In this document: one piece after another, positions 25,601 to 38,760 of the stretch
Layout of the letters: each line of letters opens with the position of its first letter
Numbering within the stretch: position 1 is the stretch's first letter
Source: Octopus bimaculoides
Taxonomy: Eukaryota
Direction of reading: 5' to 3'
DNA length: 64,000 nt
NCBI RefSeq assembly: GCF_001194135.2
Contig: NC_068981.1
Coordinates: 169,310,605-169,374,604 of the forward strand
Program-made: the position numbers and the translations under genes
Notes under the pieces: generated by a model
What the model was told of the DNA's origin: nothing
The model's input: the letters and a program-made list of their open reading frames with translations, nothing else
Database searches by the model: none

Positions 25601-25803
25601 TTCTTTTCTACTCTAGGGAAAAAGCCCGAAATTTTGGGGGAGGGAGCCAGTCGATTAGATCGACCCAGTACGCAACTGATACTTAGTTTATCAACCCCGA
25701 AAGTATGAAAGACAAAGTCAGAATTTGAACTCAGAACGTGAAGACAGACGAAATACCCTTAATTATTTCGTCAGGTGTGCTAATGTTTCTGCCAGCTCGC
25801 CGT
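25601..25803 (-). mobile_element. SINE family B, inverted and tail-to-tail with the preceding copy
   Basis: Reverse complement reads ggcgagctggcagaaacattagc...gttctgagttcaaattc...gataaactaagtatcagttg...ccctagagtagaaaagaa. Confidence 0.85.
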
Positions 25804-26764
25804 ATTTCATACAATAGATGTTCTTTTCTACTCTTGGCACAAGTTCTGAAATTACTATAAAGTCATTGCGTATATACACACACTTATACATAAACATTTT
25901 CACTATTGTAGACTTTTGCTACGACAGTTATTAGTACAATATAACTTCCCTAACAACGCTGAAAACAAAACATAATAAAGATTTTCTTCTGGAACATCAA
26001 AATTTTTGGTTGCTCGCTAATTAATTGAAAATGTTAGTCCAGTTAACCGGGTGGGATTACAGTAAATGAACGTATTTGGGATACTGATGCAGCCACTTCG
26101 GGTTATGAGAGGCAAAATGATTCTCGCTGTTTTACAAACTACTTTAAAATTGAGCACTCTAAAATATAACATGCGGCTCTACTATTTATGGATATCCGAC
26201 CGTTTAAAATACTTTCTGAAAAAAAAAAAAATCATGAAAAAAAAATCCATGAAAAATATACTTCATAAAAAATACAACTGTTTAATGAACGCATATGAAG
26301 TGGAATATGCACACTTATCAACAAATGCTTTACTTTTCTATAAAATCAGTTTTATTTTACTTTTCCTCTCTTTCAGTAACGTTTATTTGTCAATATATTC
26401 CAATCCAATTATAGACCTCACGTATTTCCCACTAAAAAAAGAAAAGGAAAAGGCGATATGCTAAGGAGCAACAACAACAACAGCAACACCCTCCTTGAAT
26501 AACATCGGTAAATAAATAGAGTAAATGAACGAGACTTTTCAATAATTGTTGGCAATTGAGAACAGGTATGTTTAATATACGTGACTTGAAGTATAATTGT
26601 ACAATACCAATTACTTAACGAAATCGTTTATAGTAACTGTGTTTTATGTTCAAAGCACATTATACAATTACGCAACGCATTTTGTCATAATGATATAAAC
26701 TCTTATTCACAATTTCAACATAATATCATAACTTCACAACTATTTAAAGAATGTTTTCCCCATT

Positions 26765-27035
<271 letters not shown>

Positions 27036-27249
27036 ATAATCCTTTCTACTATAGGCACAAGGAACCAAAAGTAAGATGAAAATATCAAAAAAATGAGATA
27101 CGACACACAAAACAAGTAGGGTTTATATAGATCAAGCGGAAACACTACATCCTTAGAAGATATAATAAAAGGATAGATGAATAGAAAATAGAAAAATAAA
27201 TAATTAATAAATAGAAACTTCAAACGCGGAATTGTCCACTTGAAGTAAT

Positions 27250-27772
27250 TCGATAGTAAATGTCCCATATTACTCTGCCATCTCCAAGCCGTGGTAAGTA
27301 CCATCTTCCAGGTTCTCTCCTCCTACTTAGAAAAGCTTACTCAGAGCTGATCTATTCAACCTCACCAGTTTTGCCAGTCTCGTCCACCTTTAGATAAACA
27401 CACTAGAAAGCAGTACCTCCTTCCTTACCGTTACAAGCATTTCAGATGAGTTCGTCACACAGCTTCTTTTTTCCACAGCCACTGAACAGAGAATGATTTC
27501 CCGCCCGTTGCTATAGGAGGTGGCGCATTGATTTTGGCTATACATTCAGCGGACGGCAAGATTCGTCTTACACGAGACAGAAATGGCACAAGTCTCAAAT
27601 GCACGGACGTTGAACGATTGCATGCATCTTGGACAGGTTCCACTGTTGGCACTTCCCTGCCTGAAGAGCTTGTCTCGAACAGGCAATGTCCACTTGTAGC
27701 ACTGCCATGCCTAAGTCTTTGCAAATTGTCCATGATCTTCGACCCGAAAATTCTTTCGAAGAGACCACTCAA
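27250..27772 (-). mobile_element. L1/Tx1-like LINE ORF2 C-terminal fragment (zf-RVT-like cysteine motif)
   Basis: Minus-strand frames read AWQCYKWTLPVRDKLFRQGSANSGTCPRCMQS, then ECIAKINAPPP...KEAV*RTHLKCL. This fits W..Y...LP....L........CPRC...ET..H in Tx1/L1 ORF2. Frameshifted. Confidence 0.65.
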
Positions 27773-27800
27773 ATAAATAAATAAATGAAGAAAGAAAGAA

Positions 27801-27801
<1 letters not shown>

Positions 27802-27850
<49 letters not shown>

Positions 27851-27891
27851 GAAGAAGAAGAAGAAGAAGAAGAAGAAAAAGAAGAAGAAGA
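27802..27891. repeat. Compound (TAA)n(GAA)n microsatellite
   Basis: Directly visible. Confidence 0.95.
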
Positions 27892-28062
27892 AAATTGCAC
27901 TACTGGGCACTGCACACATCCTACGCAAAACACTTTCAATACAGTAAACATAAGAGCATCACAGCAAACCACAGCACATACCCAAGGCACACAGAGCTGC
28001 GCTCGGTAGTGAAGTGAAAGCACGTTATAAAAATAAAACTACTGAATAATAATAATAATAAT
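27892..28062 (+). mobile_element. 5'-truncated R4/Dong-like retroposon 3' end with (TAA)n tail
   Basis: Encodes KIALLGTAHILRKTLSIQ* (stop at 27945-27947), matching the R4/Dong C-terminal LQK.ALLGTA.ILRK motif. A ~100-nt 3' UTR follows and ends in (AAT)n. Confidence 0.8.
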
Positions 28063-28559
28063 AGTCGTCATCGTCGTTGTCGTAGAAGTAGTTGTAACGA
28101 TAATAATGATTATTATGATGATAAGTCCGACAGTCAACAAATATACATTCCTTCAATCGAAATTTGTGGAGCACTAATCAGTGTCAGTTATCAATGTTAC
28201 TCGCAGTCTTTTGAGACTACATAAAAGCCTGCTACTTGGCCTTGTCTTGTGAATTAATTATTACCAAAAGCATCAAAACAAAATGCTCCCCAAAAATTCG
28301 AATAGATTTTGTACGTTTGAAATATAAACCCAAAGTAGTATCAAAAGTGAGCATGCCGGTGGTACATAAACCTACGTTGGACAACCATAATGACATTTTG
28401 ATATGGCCTATACTTCATCGAAATAAATGTGTTGCATGTAAATAAGAAATAAAGACTAACTTTGACCTGTATTAAAATATCCAGCCTCAGAGAATCTTAA
28501 AAGACTGCGTTTTCCTGACAAGACAAAACATCATCAATATACTAATTTTGGAAAAAAAA

Positions 28560-29800
28560 AAAAACTATAACTCACTAAATATGCGTGACTAGTATTGCCT
28601 CTACAATGAGTTTCTAAACATAGTCTATTAGCTCCAAAAATATACACTTGGGAAACACTGATATAACCAACTACTCAGTAGATATGAAACCATCAGGTTT
28701 CAACTACTTATATAAAGATATATGCGTATATGGTTACTCTGTGTTAAGGAAATTTAAGGGAATTTAAACCTAGAAAAACACTAAACTGAAAGAAACTGGC
28801 ACGTCATTTCAAGCTTATGATAAAAATTATATTAGAGGCATACAGAGTGCTAGCAAAGTTGTGCGATAAGGTATCACCAGAGCTGGAGACAACACCTAAC
28901 TGGTTAACTCACTAAAGGGAATGTCATACGAATACACAAGATCAAAGAAACAGAACAAAAAAATCAAGCATAAAACAACAACTAAGGTCTACAGATAAAA
29001 CCTACATTCTAACAGCTTAAAAATCTTTAAGTGTAATAAATATCATGAGAAACCCTAGTTGTTTCCAGAAGAATCCAGAGGGTCTTGAAAATGCTTACAT
29101 TGATGTGGATATCAATTGTAGCCTACAGTAGATACAATGAAATTAGTTACATTACTGCAGACATTATTCGGATTTACTAGAGAATTAAATGTGAAAGTCG
29201 GATGAAAAAAAAATCAAGTCAAACTTGGAGAGAGACTAATTAATTAAGAACATTAATATTATACTTTATTTAAACTAACATAAGTAAGAAAGGTAGAAAA
29301 ACAAACTTATTTAAGAAATAGACAGAGTACAACTAAAAAAAACAATGAAAGAAATTGATGTAAAGATTATTATGGATGTGATTAATATTAAAAACAAAGT
29401 TTACAGATAAAAACAAGAATTATAATAGGCATATAAAATATGCCAAATAAACTCAAACAGAAAGATTATATTTATCATAAATGTAAGGTGAGAGAGACCT
29501 TAGGCCACTCGAATACCGAATATCTATGTATTTATTAAAGAATAAGTATTGAAAAATCTACAATATACGAACAAGGCATCCTTTCCTGTTTCCCAGGAAA
29601 CTAGCAAATACGAAATAAACACTAACAAGACAAACATTTGAGAGGAAAAGCAGATGCTACAGAAATTGCAGAAATGTAAAGACGTCTGCTATAATTAGGG
29701 TCAGAGCAAGCTATGCTGAAATAATGATAAGAAAAAAGGAGCCCTATAAGACCGACGGATAAAAAAAGCTGATCAAGACGGAAGTACGCGAAGAATAAAA
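28560..29800 (+). mobile_element. Probable very old R4-like RT remnant
   Basis: Scattered motifs TPNWLT...KIKETEQK (P.WL..G.T..IPK) at ~28890-28960 and FPEESRG (FP.EQKG) at ~29060. Otherwise eroded. Confidence 0.4.
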
Positions 29801-30071
29801 CTGATTCTTGATTCTAGATTATGGCACAAATGAAGTTTTCTATCCAGAGACTACATAAAATGGGTAATAGAGTAAAATACATTAATTAATTGCAGAATAT
29901 TCGGATGTTGGGGGAAAACAAAGAATCTGCACTCATGACTGAGTTTGGGGTTTTCATACCAGGAAGTAATTCCCAAACCGTCAAGCTCCCAAGAAGTGGC
30001 GGTATAAACATACACCAGAAAATGTGTCATACAATGAGAAAACAATCATATACGGGATATGTTGATCAACA

Positions 30072-30256
30072 GGTGCAGGTGTGGCTGGCTGTGTGGTAAG
30101 AAGTCTGCATCCAACCACATGGCTCCGGGTACAGTCCCGCCGCATGACACCTTCAGCAAGTGTTTCTACTATAGTCGCGGGCTAACTGAAGTCTTGTGAG
30201 TGGATTTGGTTGAGGGATACGGAAAGAAGCTCATTGTGTGTTTGTGTGTGCGAGTG

Positions 30257-30350
<94 letters not shown>

Positions 30351-30575
30351 TGTGTGTGTGCGTGTGTGTGCGTGCGTGCGCGCGCGCGTCCACTCTATTG
30401 CTTGACAACCGATGCTGGTATGTTTATGACTCGTAACCGGCAAAAACGATCGATAGAATAAGTACTAGGCTTACAAAGAATAAGTCCTTGGGGCGATTTC
30501 TTCGACTAAAACCCTTTGAGGTGATGCTCCAGCATGGCCGTAGTCAAATGGCCGAAACCAGAAGAAGGATAATAG
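30072..30575 (+). mobile_element. SINE family A, full length, with long internal (TA)n(TG)n
   Basis: tRNA-like head ggtgcaggtgtggctg..gtgtggtaagaag...gggtacagtcccg, body gccttgtgagtggatttggt, internal microsatellite 30237-30389, tail gctccagcatggccgtagtcaaatg. Confidence 0.9.
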
Positions 30576-30811
30576 AAAATCGGGAGTTCGATTATTGTTA
30601 TCGAGAAAGCCAAGAATATATCTGTTTCAACAGTCGATAATGTATGCTTAAATGAAATGGAGAAATGCATCCAAATATAAAGATCTGCTCTCGATAGCGC
30701 AGTGAAACCATTTGATGAAATAAGACTACTGAAATATAAAAAAAAAAAATAAGCTTGAATATAGAAAGATATAACTTGTAGTATTTGAGTATTTGGCTAT
30801 ATACAAATTAT

Positions 30812-31028
30812 TATTCTCTACTCTAGGCACAAGGCCCGAAATTTTTGCGGAAGGGAGGGGACCCGCTGATTAGACCGACCTCAGTATGCAACTGGTACTT
30901 AATTTAGCTACCCCGAAAAGATGAAAGGCAAAGTCGACCTCGGCGGAATTTGAACTCAGAAGGTAAAGACAGACCAAATGCTGATAAGCATTTCGTCCGG
31001 CGTGCTAACGTTTCTACCAGCTCACCGT
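30812..31028 (-). mobile_element. SINE family B
   Basis: ctactctaggcacaaggcccgaaattt...aaggcaaagtcgacctcggcggaatttgaactcagaa...gctaacgtttctaccagctcaccg. Confidence 0.85.
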
Positions 31029-31066
31029 CTTTATATACAAAATATTATAATGTAAAGAGTATATAT

Positions 31067-31109
<43 letters not shown>

Positions 31110-33469
31110 NNNNNNNNNNNNNNNNNNNNNNNNNNNNNNNNNNNNNNNNNNNNNNNNNNNNNNNNNNNNNNNNNNNNNNNNNNNNNNNNNNNNNNNNNNN
31201 NNNNNNNNNNNNNNNNNNNNNNNNNNNNNNNNNNNNNNNNNNNNNNNNNNNNTGTGTGTGTGTGTGTGTGTGTGTGTGTTTAGTCAGACTTATCAGCAGG
31301 CACATACAGGTCTTTACCATTTCCACTTAAAGTCAATCCAGGATACACTTGTGCCTAACACTCTTCTTATAATCGCAATGTGTAACATCCTCTTTGATTT
31401 GATTGCATACTAAACACTTTAAAATTCACCTCTCAAACGGCTTTGGTGCTTTTCCTGGGGTAGGTGGTATTGTTACATGTAAAACAATGGACAAATGAAC
31501 TAACATCACATTAACTGAACATTAACCACACAGCATTTCTCTAGACATCACTATTCTGAAGTCACAATATTCTTAGAAATGCTTTGAGTGTTACCACATC
31601 CTCTCAGACTTGGAAAAGCAGAAAAAAAAATTTGGACATAGAGAGATGTGGATAAAAATGTGTCTCTGAATTGTAAAGTGCAATGCTACCTCATGCTTTC
31701 TCCCTCTTCTGCTTTCTCACTTTCTGTTTCTACATTTTCTTTTCTTCAGATACATCAGTGGTTGATTTAAGCATTGCACTGATAAAATGGTTAAAGACGA
31801 CAGGGAAATGTATTGAGAACGAGGGATTATTATTATTTTTTATCTTCACACCGAATACTGAAATCAGGCGGAAGATTACGTTAATGAAAATTTAGCTATT
31901 CACACTCACTCCCTTCAGGCCTTTTTCTTCTTCGTCTTTACGTTATTTTATTATCTCAAAACGAAAGAAAAGAATGAGTTTGTATTTCATGTTGAAACGC
32001 TGATATTTAAAAGAATATCAGTAGTAAGAAAAGAAAAACTGTGTAAAAAATATATATAAAGTCAAAGAAACGAGATACCACTTTCAAAGCTTTTAAAATT
32101 GACTGAACTTTTATGTGTTATTCAGTGAATGTATGGAACTAGAGTATAAATTAGAGAAAATATTAATCCTTCTGAAATTATACGTTCGTCAGTCTGTTTT
32201 CACAGTATAATGTCATTTAGTGTTTGTTTATCTTCTTTCTGATTTTGGCTCTCTTTTTTTAAAAAACTTTATCTAAGTTGTTAGAGACAGCCTTTAGTAG
32301 ATTTAAACTGCTCTGTTATGGCCATAGATTAAGTTAATCTTCGTGACAATAGGAAAAGGATATTCGAATAAATAAATTTATCAGTAGGTCTTTTTATAAC
32401 ATTTCAGTCTATATTTTGTTGCTCGTATTATAAAATCAGTCCAGAACTTTCATTTATTTTCGACGGTTGGCCAATATAACCAACATTTTTTTTCCTATTT
32501 ACAACAAAGTAGAATAGTTAATGAAACAACCAAATAGGATTAACTAATTCAGGCCAAAATATAACGATAAATTGTGCTTCGTCAAAAGGTAGACATTTTT
32601 AAATAGCTATACCAGCGAGGATGAAATAGAAAGAAAAAGAAACAACCAGCACAAAACTGAACAAAAAGGTGTCTACTACTGATGTGTTTGTATCGGATGG
32701 GGTGCTGAATAGCAGTGTGATGGGAACAAAGCCAGATACTAAGAGAATCTAGGCTGAAATACAATTACTTGTGTTTTAAAAGAAAGGCTGCGACACTGTT
32801 TCATTTTATATCTGCTCTGTACTACATAATAAACCTTTCCCAACTGTGCTGCAAGGCAATCAACAAACATACTATGTGTGTTAAAAGTTAGTGGCTTCCA
32901 ATGAAGTATTGTTATTAGATATTAAAGCTCGGTCGAAGTATTGGTTTATTTGCAAAAGACAAAAAACAAAAAAAAATTAGTAAAACACACACACACACAC
33001 ACACACACNNNNNNNNNNATATATATATACACACGTCTGTGTGTGTATGTGCGTGTACCGCAGGGAAAGATAATGTAGAAAAAGAAATTAAAAACAAAAT
33101 AGCCAGCTCAAGCGGATAACGATTCAGAAAAAGTCAAAATCTAAAAGAAAAAAACAAATAAACAAAAAGCAAACTGTTAAATACATCAAATAAGGACAAA
33201 GAAAGATAGAAAAGTACACGGCAAAAAAATGACAAATAAAAAAATAATTATAAACATGTAAAAGAATCAATGTAACGGGCGAATTCAATGTGAAGTCCAT
33301 TAAGAATAAACAGTGAGTGGTGGCTGGAACCACTTGTATAGCGAGCGTTTAGAAACTACATATTTACTGGGAGTTTCAGACACCAGTAATTTTAACATTG
33401 TGAATTATTATATTGTTGACCTAATAGTGTTTTATTTTGTCATTTAAGCACGATGGAGGGAAGGTGGAG

Positions 33470-33470
33470 T

Positions 33471-33528
<58 letters not shown>

Positions 33529-33548
33529 GAAAGAAAGAGACAGAGAGA
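33470..33548. repeat. (GA)n microsatellite
   Basis: Directly visible. Other (GA)n/(CT)n tracts at 25070-25143, 42661-42728, 44370-44423, 50414-50471 and 57101-57170. Confidence 0.9.
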
Positions 33549-36500
33549 CCTGTGGTTATCACATTTTATGCCAACTCACTCCGCCTTTACACTGAGAAGT
33601 AGAGGCATGGCGCGAAGTTAATTTTAGAGCAGTAAAGACTATTGTTGTTGCTGCTGCCGCTTTTGTTGTTGGTATTAGTGTTGTTTTGCTTCCACATAAG
33701 CCTTTATATAGCATACAGTTGATCAAAGCTCATTAAGCCATGTGCATCTCGTCATGTTTTCAGTTCTCTGGCACACTGGACCACAATATTTCAAAGTAAC
33801 CTTATTTTTCAAGAGAGTAAAGTGTTTATTTTGCGGGAAATTTGACTGCAACTTTTGGCAGCTCGAGCGAATACACAGGGGTTTTACAATGAAAAGACCG
33901 TTGTATGATGCCGTCTTTTTCTCTTCTTATTTTTGTATTTATCCTCACCCTTTTTCAAAGTAATCGGTGATTAAATGTGCTTCAGTCGTAAACATCCCAT
34001 CATTTTGTATAACAAGAACTACATTGTCTAATAAATATCAATCTTTATTTAAGAGGACCGTGTGTAACTTGGAGAAAATTCGGTTGATATTTCCAGCATG
34101 ACGAACGATCACCTAGATATCCAACTCATTGGTTCGTAAAGGAAAACTGTTGAAGTGAGAGAAGAAATAGAATAAGGATTCTAGATCTGCGTTTGCAGAT
34201 TCATAGTTAGTGAAGCTTTCTCAATTTACCCACGGAAATATATTTTATGCAATCAATGAACGAGACCTGGTTTGTCAAAATGAATCACGTGAAATGTGTA
34301 AGTAATATCTCTAGTCTTAGTACAGTAATGCGCTGGTGTCTTCTCGGCATTTATTATTTATTTCTCTGAACAACCTGAAAAATGCTATACAAAGCTATAT
34401 ATCTATGAAAATATTAAAAAAAGCAGAAATAAAACTAAGAGTGATGATACAAATTTGCATTTGAAAGAAGTGTGATATAATAGATATATTTGATAATGGT
34501 ATAATATTATAACTTTCTTTAGTTGCTGCCTTTTGGTCTGGTTCGAAAAACAAAACTAAATAAACTACATGGTCTGATGTAAAATGACTATCCCAGGGGA
34601 ACTTTACCTATGAACTCATCAATGCTAAATAACTGCTAACAAACTAGGTTTAAATGCGAATCATTGTTTTATATTACGAAACAAAAAGATCGGGTTTGTG
34701 CCAATGTGAGAAATCAATATATAATTGTATACAAAACAATAGACAATATATTTAACATATATATATATATATATATATATAATCATACGCACAAACGCGA
34801 ATGCTCACCTTTTGTTTGTGTGCCTCTCTTTGCGCATCTGTGCATGTATGTTTGTATGTCTGTAGAGAGACAAGTATTTAGCGAATAAAGACGAATGGCT
34901 AATTTGAATTATCAGTGTTACACTGCTTCAAAAGATTTCTTGTCTTGAAACTGAGGACGTTTGTGATTATAGAAAGATAGGTGCATACATACATACATAC
35001 ATACACATACGTACACACATATATAAAGTAAAAAATACGCGATACATGTAAATATGTATATACATATACGTGTGTGTTTGTGTACACCCTTCAATATAAT
35101 ATGTAATATATGATGGCATACATATTACAACGCAATGACATATTTACGTCTTGGCATATAATACGACCCATAAAATCATTTTTATACAAACACACAACGC
35201 TACACATTCCGTTACACAAGCATGAGAAATGGCTCTGACACACATCATAATTTTCTCCTTCAGACATTCAGTTTTTAGTTTTGATACATGGTTATAAAAG
35301 TTCAATGTGTCTCTTTTGACACTTCTTGTATAGACGCCTGTTGCGATCCGGATAGACGCCTTGTCACATCCGGCAAATTACGTTTCATGTGCATCACATA
35401 GCTTTAGAATATTTTCAGAAAATAATCGTTACGAGCATATAAATGTATTTAGTAAGCAGACCTTGTAATGTGATAGAAGTGAAAGACGGGGGAAAGGAAT
35501 GGAAGAAAGATACAGACTAGAGACTGATAGAAGAAGAGCCAGAACGTGATTTGGTAAAATTGCTAACAGAATGAAATAATGAGTGACTAGACTGAGAATA
35601 ATCGAAATATAAAGAATGTTTTATTATAAAAATAGCACAAAAATATGGAACGGAAAATCAAATCCTTATCTTGTAAGCCGGCCTTGAAACAAGTCATAGA
35701 ATCATGAAACGAAAAGAAGTATATAAATGCTTGCAAGTTAACAAGGAAATGCAATAAAAATAAATGCGACAAAATGCTTGGACTAAAGAAAATAATTAAG
35801 CGAAATAAAATAAATTTCAATATTAACGGAAACTACTTTTTAAGCCTTAAGATTCCCAGCAAAATGCATAAAGAGGTGTTTCATGAAATAAATGCAAGAT
35901 GCTTTAATGATGACAAAAGACAGTGTTATAGGACTAAAACCAAAGGAAACTTCACCAATACAAGAATTTTAAAAAAGATGAGCAAACATAAATTTACAGG
36001 GTTACACTACCAATTTGCATTATTTTTATCATTTTTTAAAAGTATTTATAAAAGGAATATCAATGCACGAAACCAAATGCAAAACCGAAGGCAAAACAAG
36101 AACAACACTAACTTTTTCGACGTATTTGCATATTTATAAGTCCTCATCAAAAGGAAAACGAAGATTAAGCTATGTTTGTTCTGTGGAGATTAAAAGTAAT
36201 AAAGCAGTTATTTTTGAAACGCTAACATTGGGGAAAGAGGTGAAGATATGCTTAGAGTAGTAGTGTTTGAATTAACCAATCACCATGTCTCAGGCCGTTT
36301 TTGTTGTTGATGAACAAATTCAGTTTCTTGTTAATGATGGCCTCATTAATCCTTAAATTTCCAATATTCATTTCCTTATTTTAATGATTTGGTTGTAACA
36401 CTCCCATAAATTTCAACAGAAGAAACATTTTTATCAGAATATAGTATTTAATACACAGTGCAAGTTTATAAACACAAACATAAATCTTTGTATCTTAGAT

Positions 36501-36789
36501 CCACCACATTTATTAAATGTTATATGGTACATGACAAGAGCTTCTAAACATTTATTCCTTTTGTTCATTTAACATTTAGCTAATTTACATACATGTATTG
36601 TCGATGTTTTGAGTCGACTCACTGAGAGACATTTTCTCATGGTACGTTCAGAGTGTGCCAACCATACATTTGAATCACCACGAATCGCCCGGGAGATTAC
36701 AACACATATTTTATCATTAAATTTCGATCGTTTTAAATATTCTTGGTGTTATTGGAGATAGATTTTGTTTTGGCTTATATTATGAAGCT

Positions 36790-36975
36790 GCAGCTGGAAC
36801 GAGAGAGTGCTGCGCTATCAGTATGTTGGTACTTATTACTGAAGAGTAGACGGAAGCTATATGAAATGAAGTGTCATGCTCAAGGGCACAAAAATCCATC
36901 CATTCCCTGAGTTGAATCCATGACCTTATGAATATGAGCACTATACCTCTAAGCACTAGGTAATACAACTTCACA
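36790..36975 (-). mobile_element. SINE family C head fragment
   Basis: Reverse complement reads ctagtgcttagaggtatagtgctcatattcataaggtcatggattcaactcag...tgtgcccttgagcatgacacttcatttca, like the heads at 48948 and 58538. Confidence 0.6.
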
Positions 36976-37040
36976 GAAAATATGGAACGCATTGCGAATC
37001 TCCGAGTTATTCTTGTATGTTAATGATCTCTGTATTATTC

Positions 37041-37815
37041 CATCGGAAAAGTCAGCAAATTGGGTTAATGGATTCCTCACAAACTATTCGAGTCTCATCA
37101 CGTGCAAATAGTGAATGTGTGCTCTTCTTTGCTGTTATGTCTCACGAATAAACCTTATTTGGACCGAATAGTGACTGGTGACGAGAAATGGGTTCTCTGT
37201 AAAAATGTCAAGCGCCGAAGACAGTGGGTAGGGAAAGGAGAAACACATGCACCCCAGGCTATAGGTCTTCACCAACGTGTGGTATTATTGTCTGTTTGGT
37301 GGGATATGAAACATTTAGTCCACTTCGAACTTTTAAACCCAAACCAAACGATAACAAGGGAGATCTACTCCGCGTAGCTTGAGGGGCTTAAGTCAGCGCT
37401 AGAAGGAAAACGACCATCTTTGGTTTCAAGACGAAAGGTGTTCTTCCATTAGGATAATGCTGGGCCACATACAGTGAGGATGACTTTCCAAAGGCAGGTG
37501 TAGTTTCAATGGGAAACGATGCCCCCCCCCCATATTCGCCGGACATCTAAGTATCATTTATTCCGCAGTCTTCAAAACCATTTGGACGGAAAAATATGAA
37601 TTCTATACACAAGGTCAGAACAGTACTGGAGGAATATTTTTCGTCCCGGACAATTCAATTTTGGAAAAGGGGCCTTGCAAGCCTACCAGATAGGTGGAAG
37701 AGCATTGTAGAATATGAAGAAGAGTATATTTTAGATTAAAAAAGAACTTTATCTTAATTTTGAAATATAAAAGAAGCCTAAAAAAACCGCATTATTTATG
37801 GGATGACCCAATATA
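37041..37815 (+). mobile_element. Mariner-family (DD34D-type) transposon remnant: transposase catalytic domain pseudogene plus right TIR
   Basis: Reads GKVSKLG*WIPHKL...LDRIVTGDEKWV...LSVWWD...ELL...QTIT...FH*DNAGPH...PPYSPD...YHLFRSLQNHL...LPDRWKSIVE. The right TIR cgcattatttatgggatgacccaata is followed by TA at 37814-37815. The 5' half and left TIR are absent. Confidence 0.92.
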
Positions 37816-38094
37816 ACAACACACACATACACACACACACGTTTGTATGTAATTCTCTCTTTTCCCTCCATCGCTCGGCACATCTAACTATTTTCTTCTA
37901 CGTTCTGCTTACTAGTTACGCGTGTACTTTTAGAATGCTTTTCCTTAATTCCTCTCTGATGAAGATTTGAGGATTACTACTCAGGAATTCCATTTCTATG
38001 TAGCATTTTTTCCATTAAATTAATTAGACACATTGAGTAGTGGATAGAATATTATCTGATATTTAACGTTATGAAAATTTGCATCAGACAAGAA

Positions 38095-38315
38095 AAATCT
38101 CTCCATCATCGCCACCACTAATGCTGCTGCAGGGAACACAGCCGCCGCCGTCACCTCCACCACCGCCGCCACTACCACTGCTACAACTACCATAATCTTA
38201 CCACCACCATTACTCCTCCACATTCACCTCTACCTCCTACTACTACAATCTAACCACCACAACTAAGTGTATGAAATAGTCTTACCAACTACTACTACTA
38301 CCACTGCTGCTGCTG

Positions 38316-38376
<61 letters not shown>

Positions 38377-38545
38377 CTTTACCACCACTGACACTGCGAT
38401 AAACCACAATACGACCAACACCGCCACTGCCAGTAAGTAACGACTTATAACACATCAAGTAACAACAACATCAACGCCTGCCCCATCTCAAATACTACCA
38501 CTATTACTACCACTGTCACTGATACAACCAGCCCCAATACTATCA
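38095..38545. repeat. (CAC)n/(TAC)n/(CAA)n low-complexity trinucleotide region
   Basis: Directly visible, with a perfect (TAC)n at ~38316-38376. Confidence 0.85.
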
Positions 38546-38548
38546 CCA

Positions 38549-38760
38549 ATTGGCAGAATCGTTAGCACACTGGACAAAATGTTTAGCGGAATTTCGTCCG
38601 TCTTTATGTTCTGAGTTCAAATTCCGCCGAAGTCGATTTTACTTTTCATCATTTTGGGGTCGATAAAATAAGTACCTATTGAGCAGTGGAATCAATGTAA
38701 TCGACTTACGTCCTCTCCCAAAATTGCTGGCCTGGTATTAAAATTGGAAGCCAGTATTAT
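38549..38760 (+). mobile_element. SINE family B (head slightly truncated)
   Basis: tggcagaatcgttagcac...gttctgagttcaaattccgccgaagtcgat...ggggtcgataaaataagtacc...gctggcctgg. Confidence 0.85.

Noticed and set aside
30072-30160. tRNA genes at SINE heads (also 45960-46030, 48948-49010, 58538-58600)
   Set aside because: They have A/B-box-like motifs but no complete cloverleaf, and they continue into repeat bodies, so they are tRNA-derived SINE heads.
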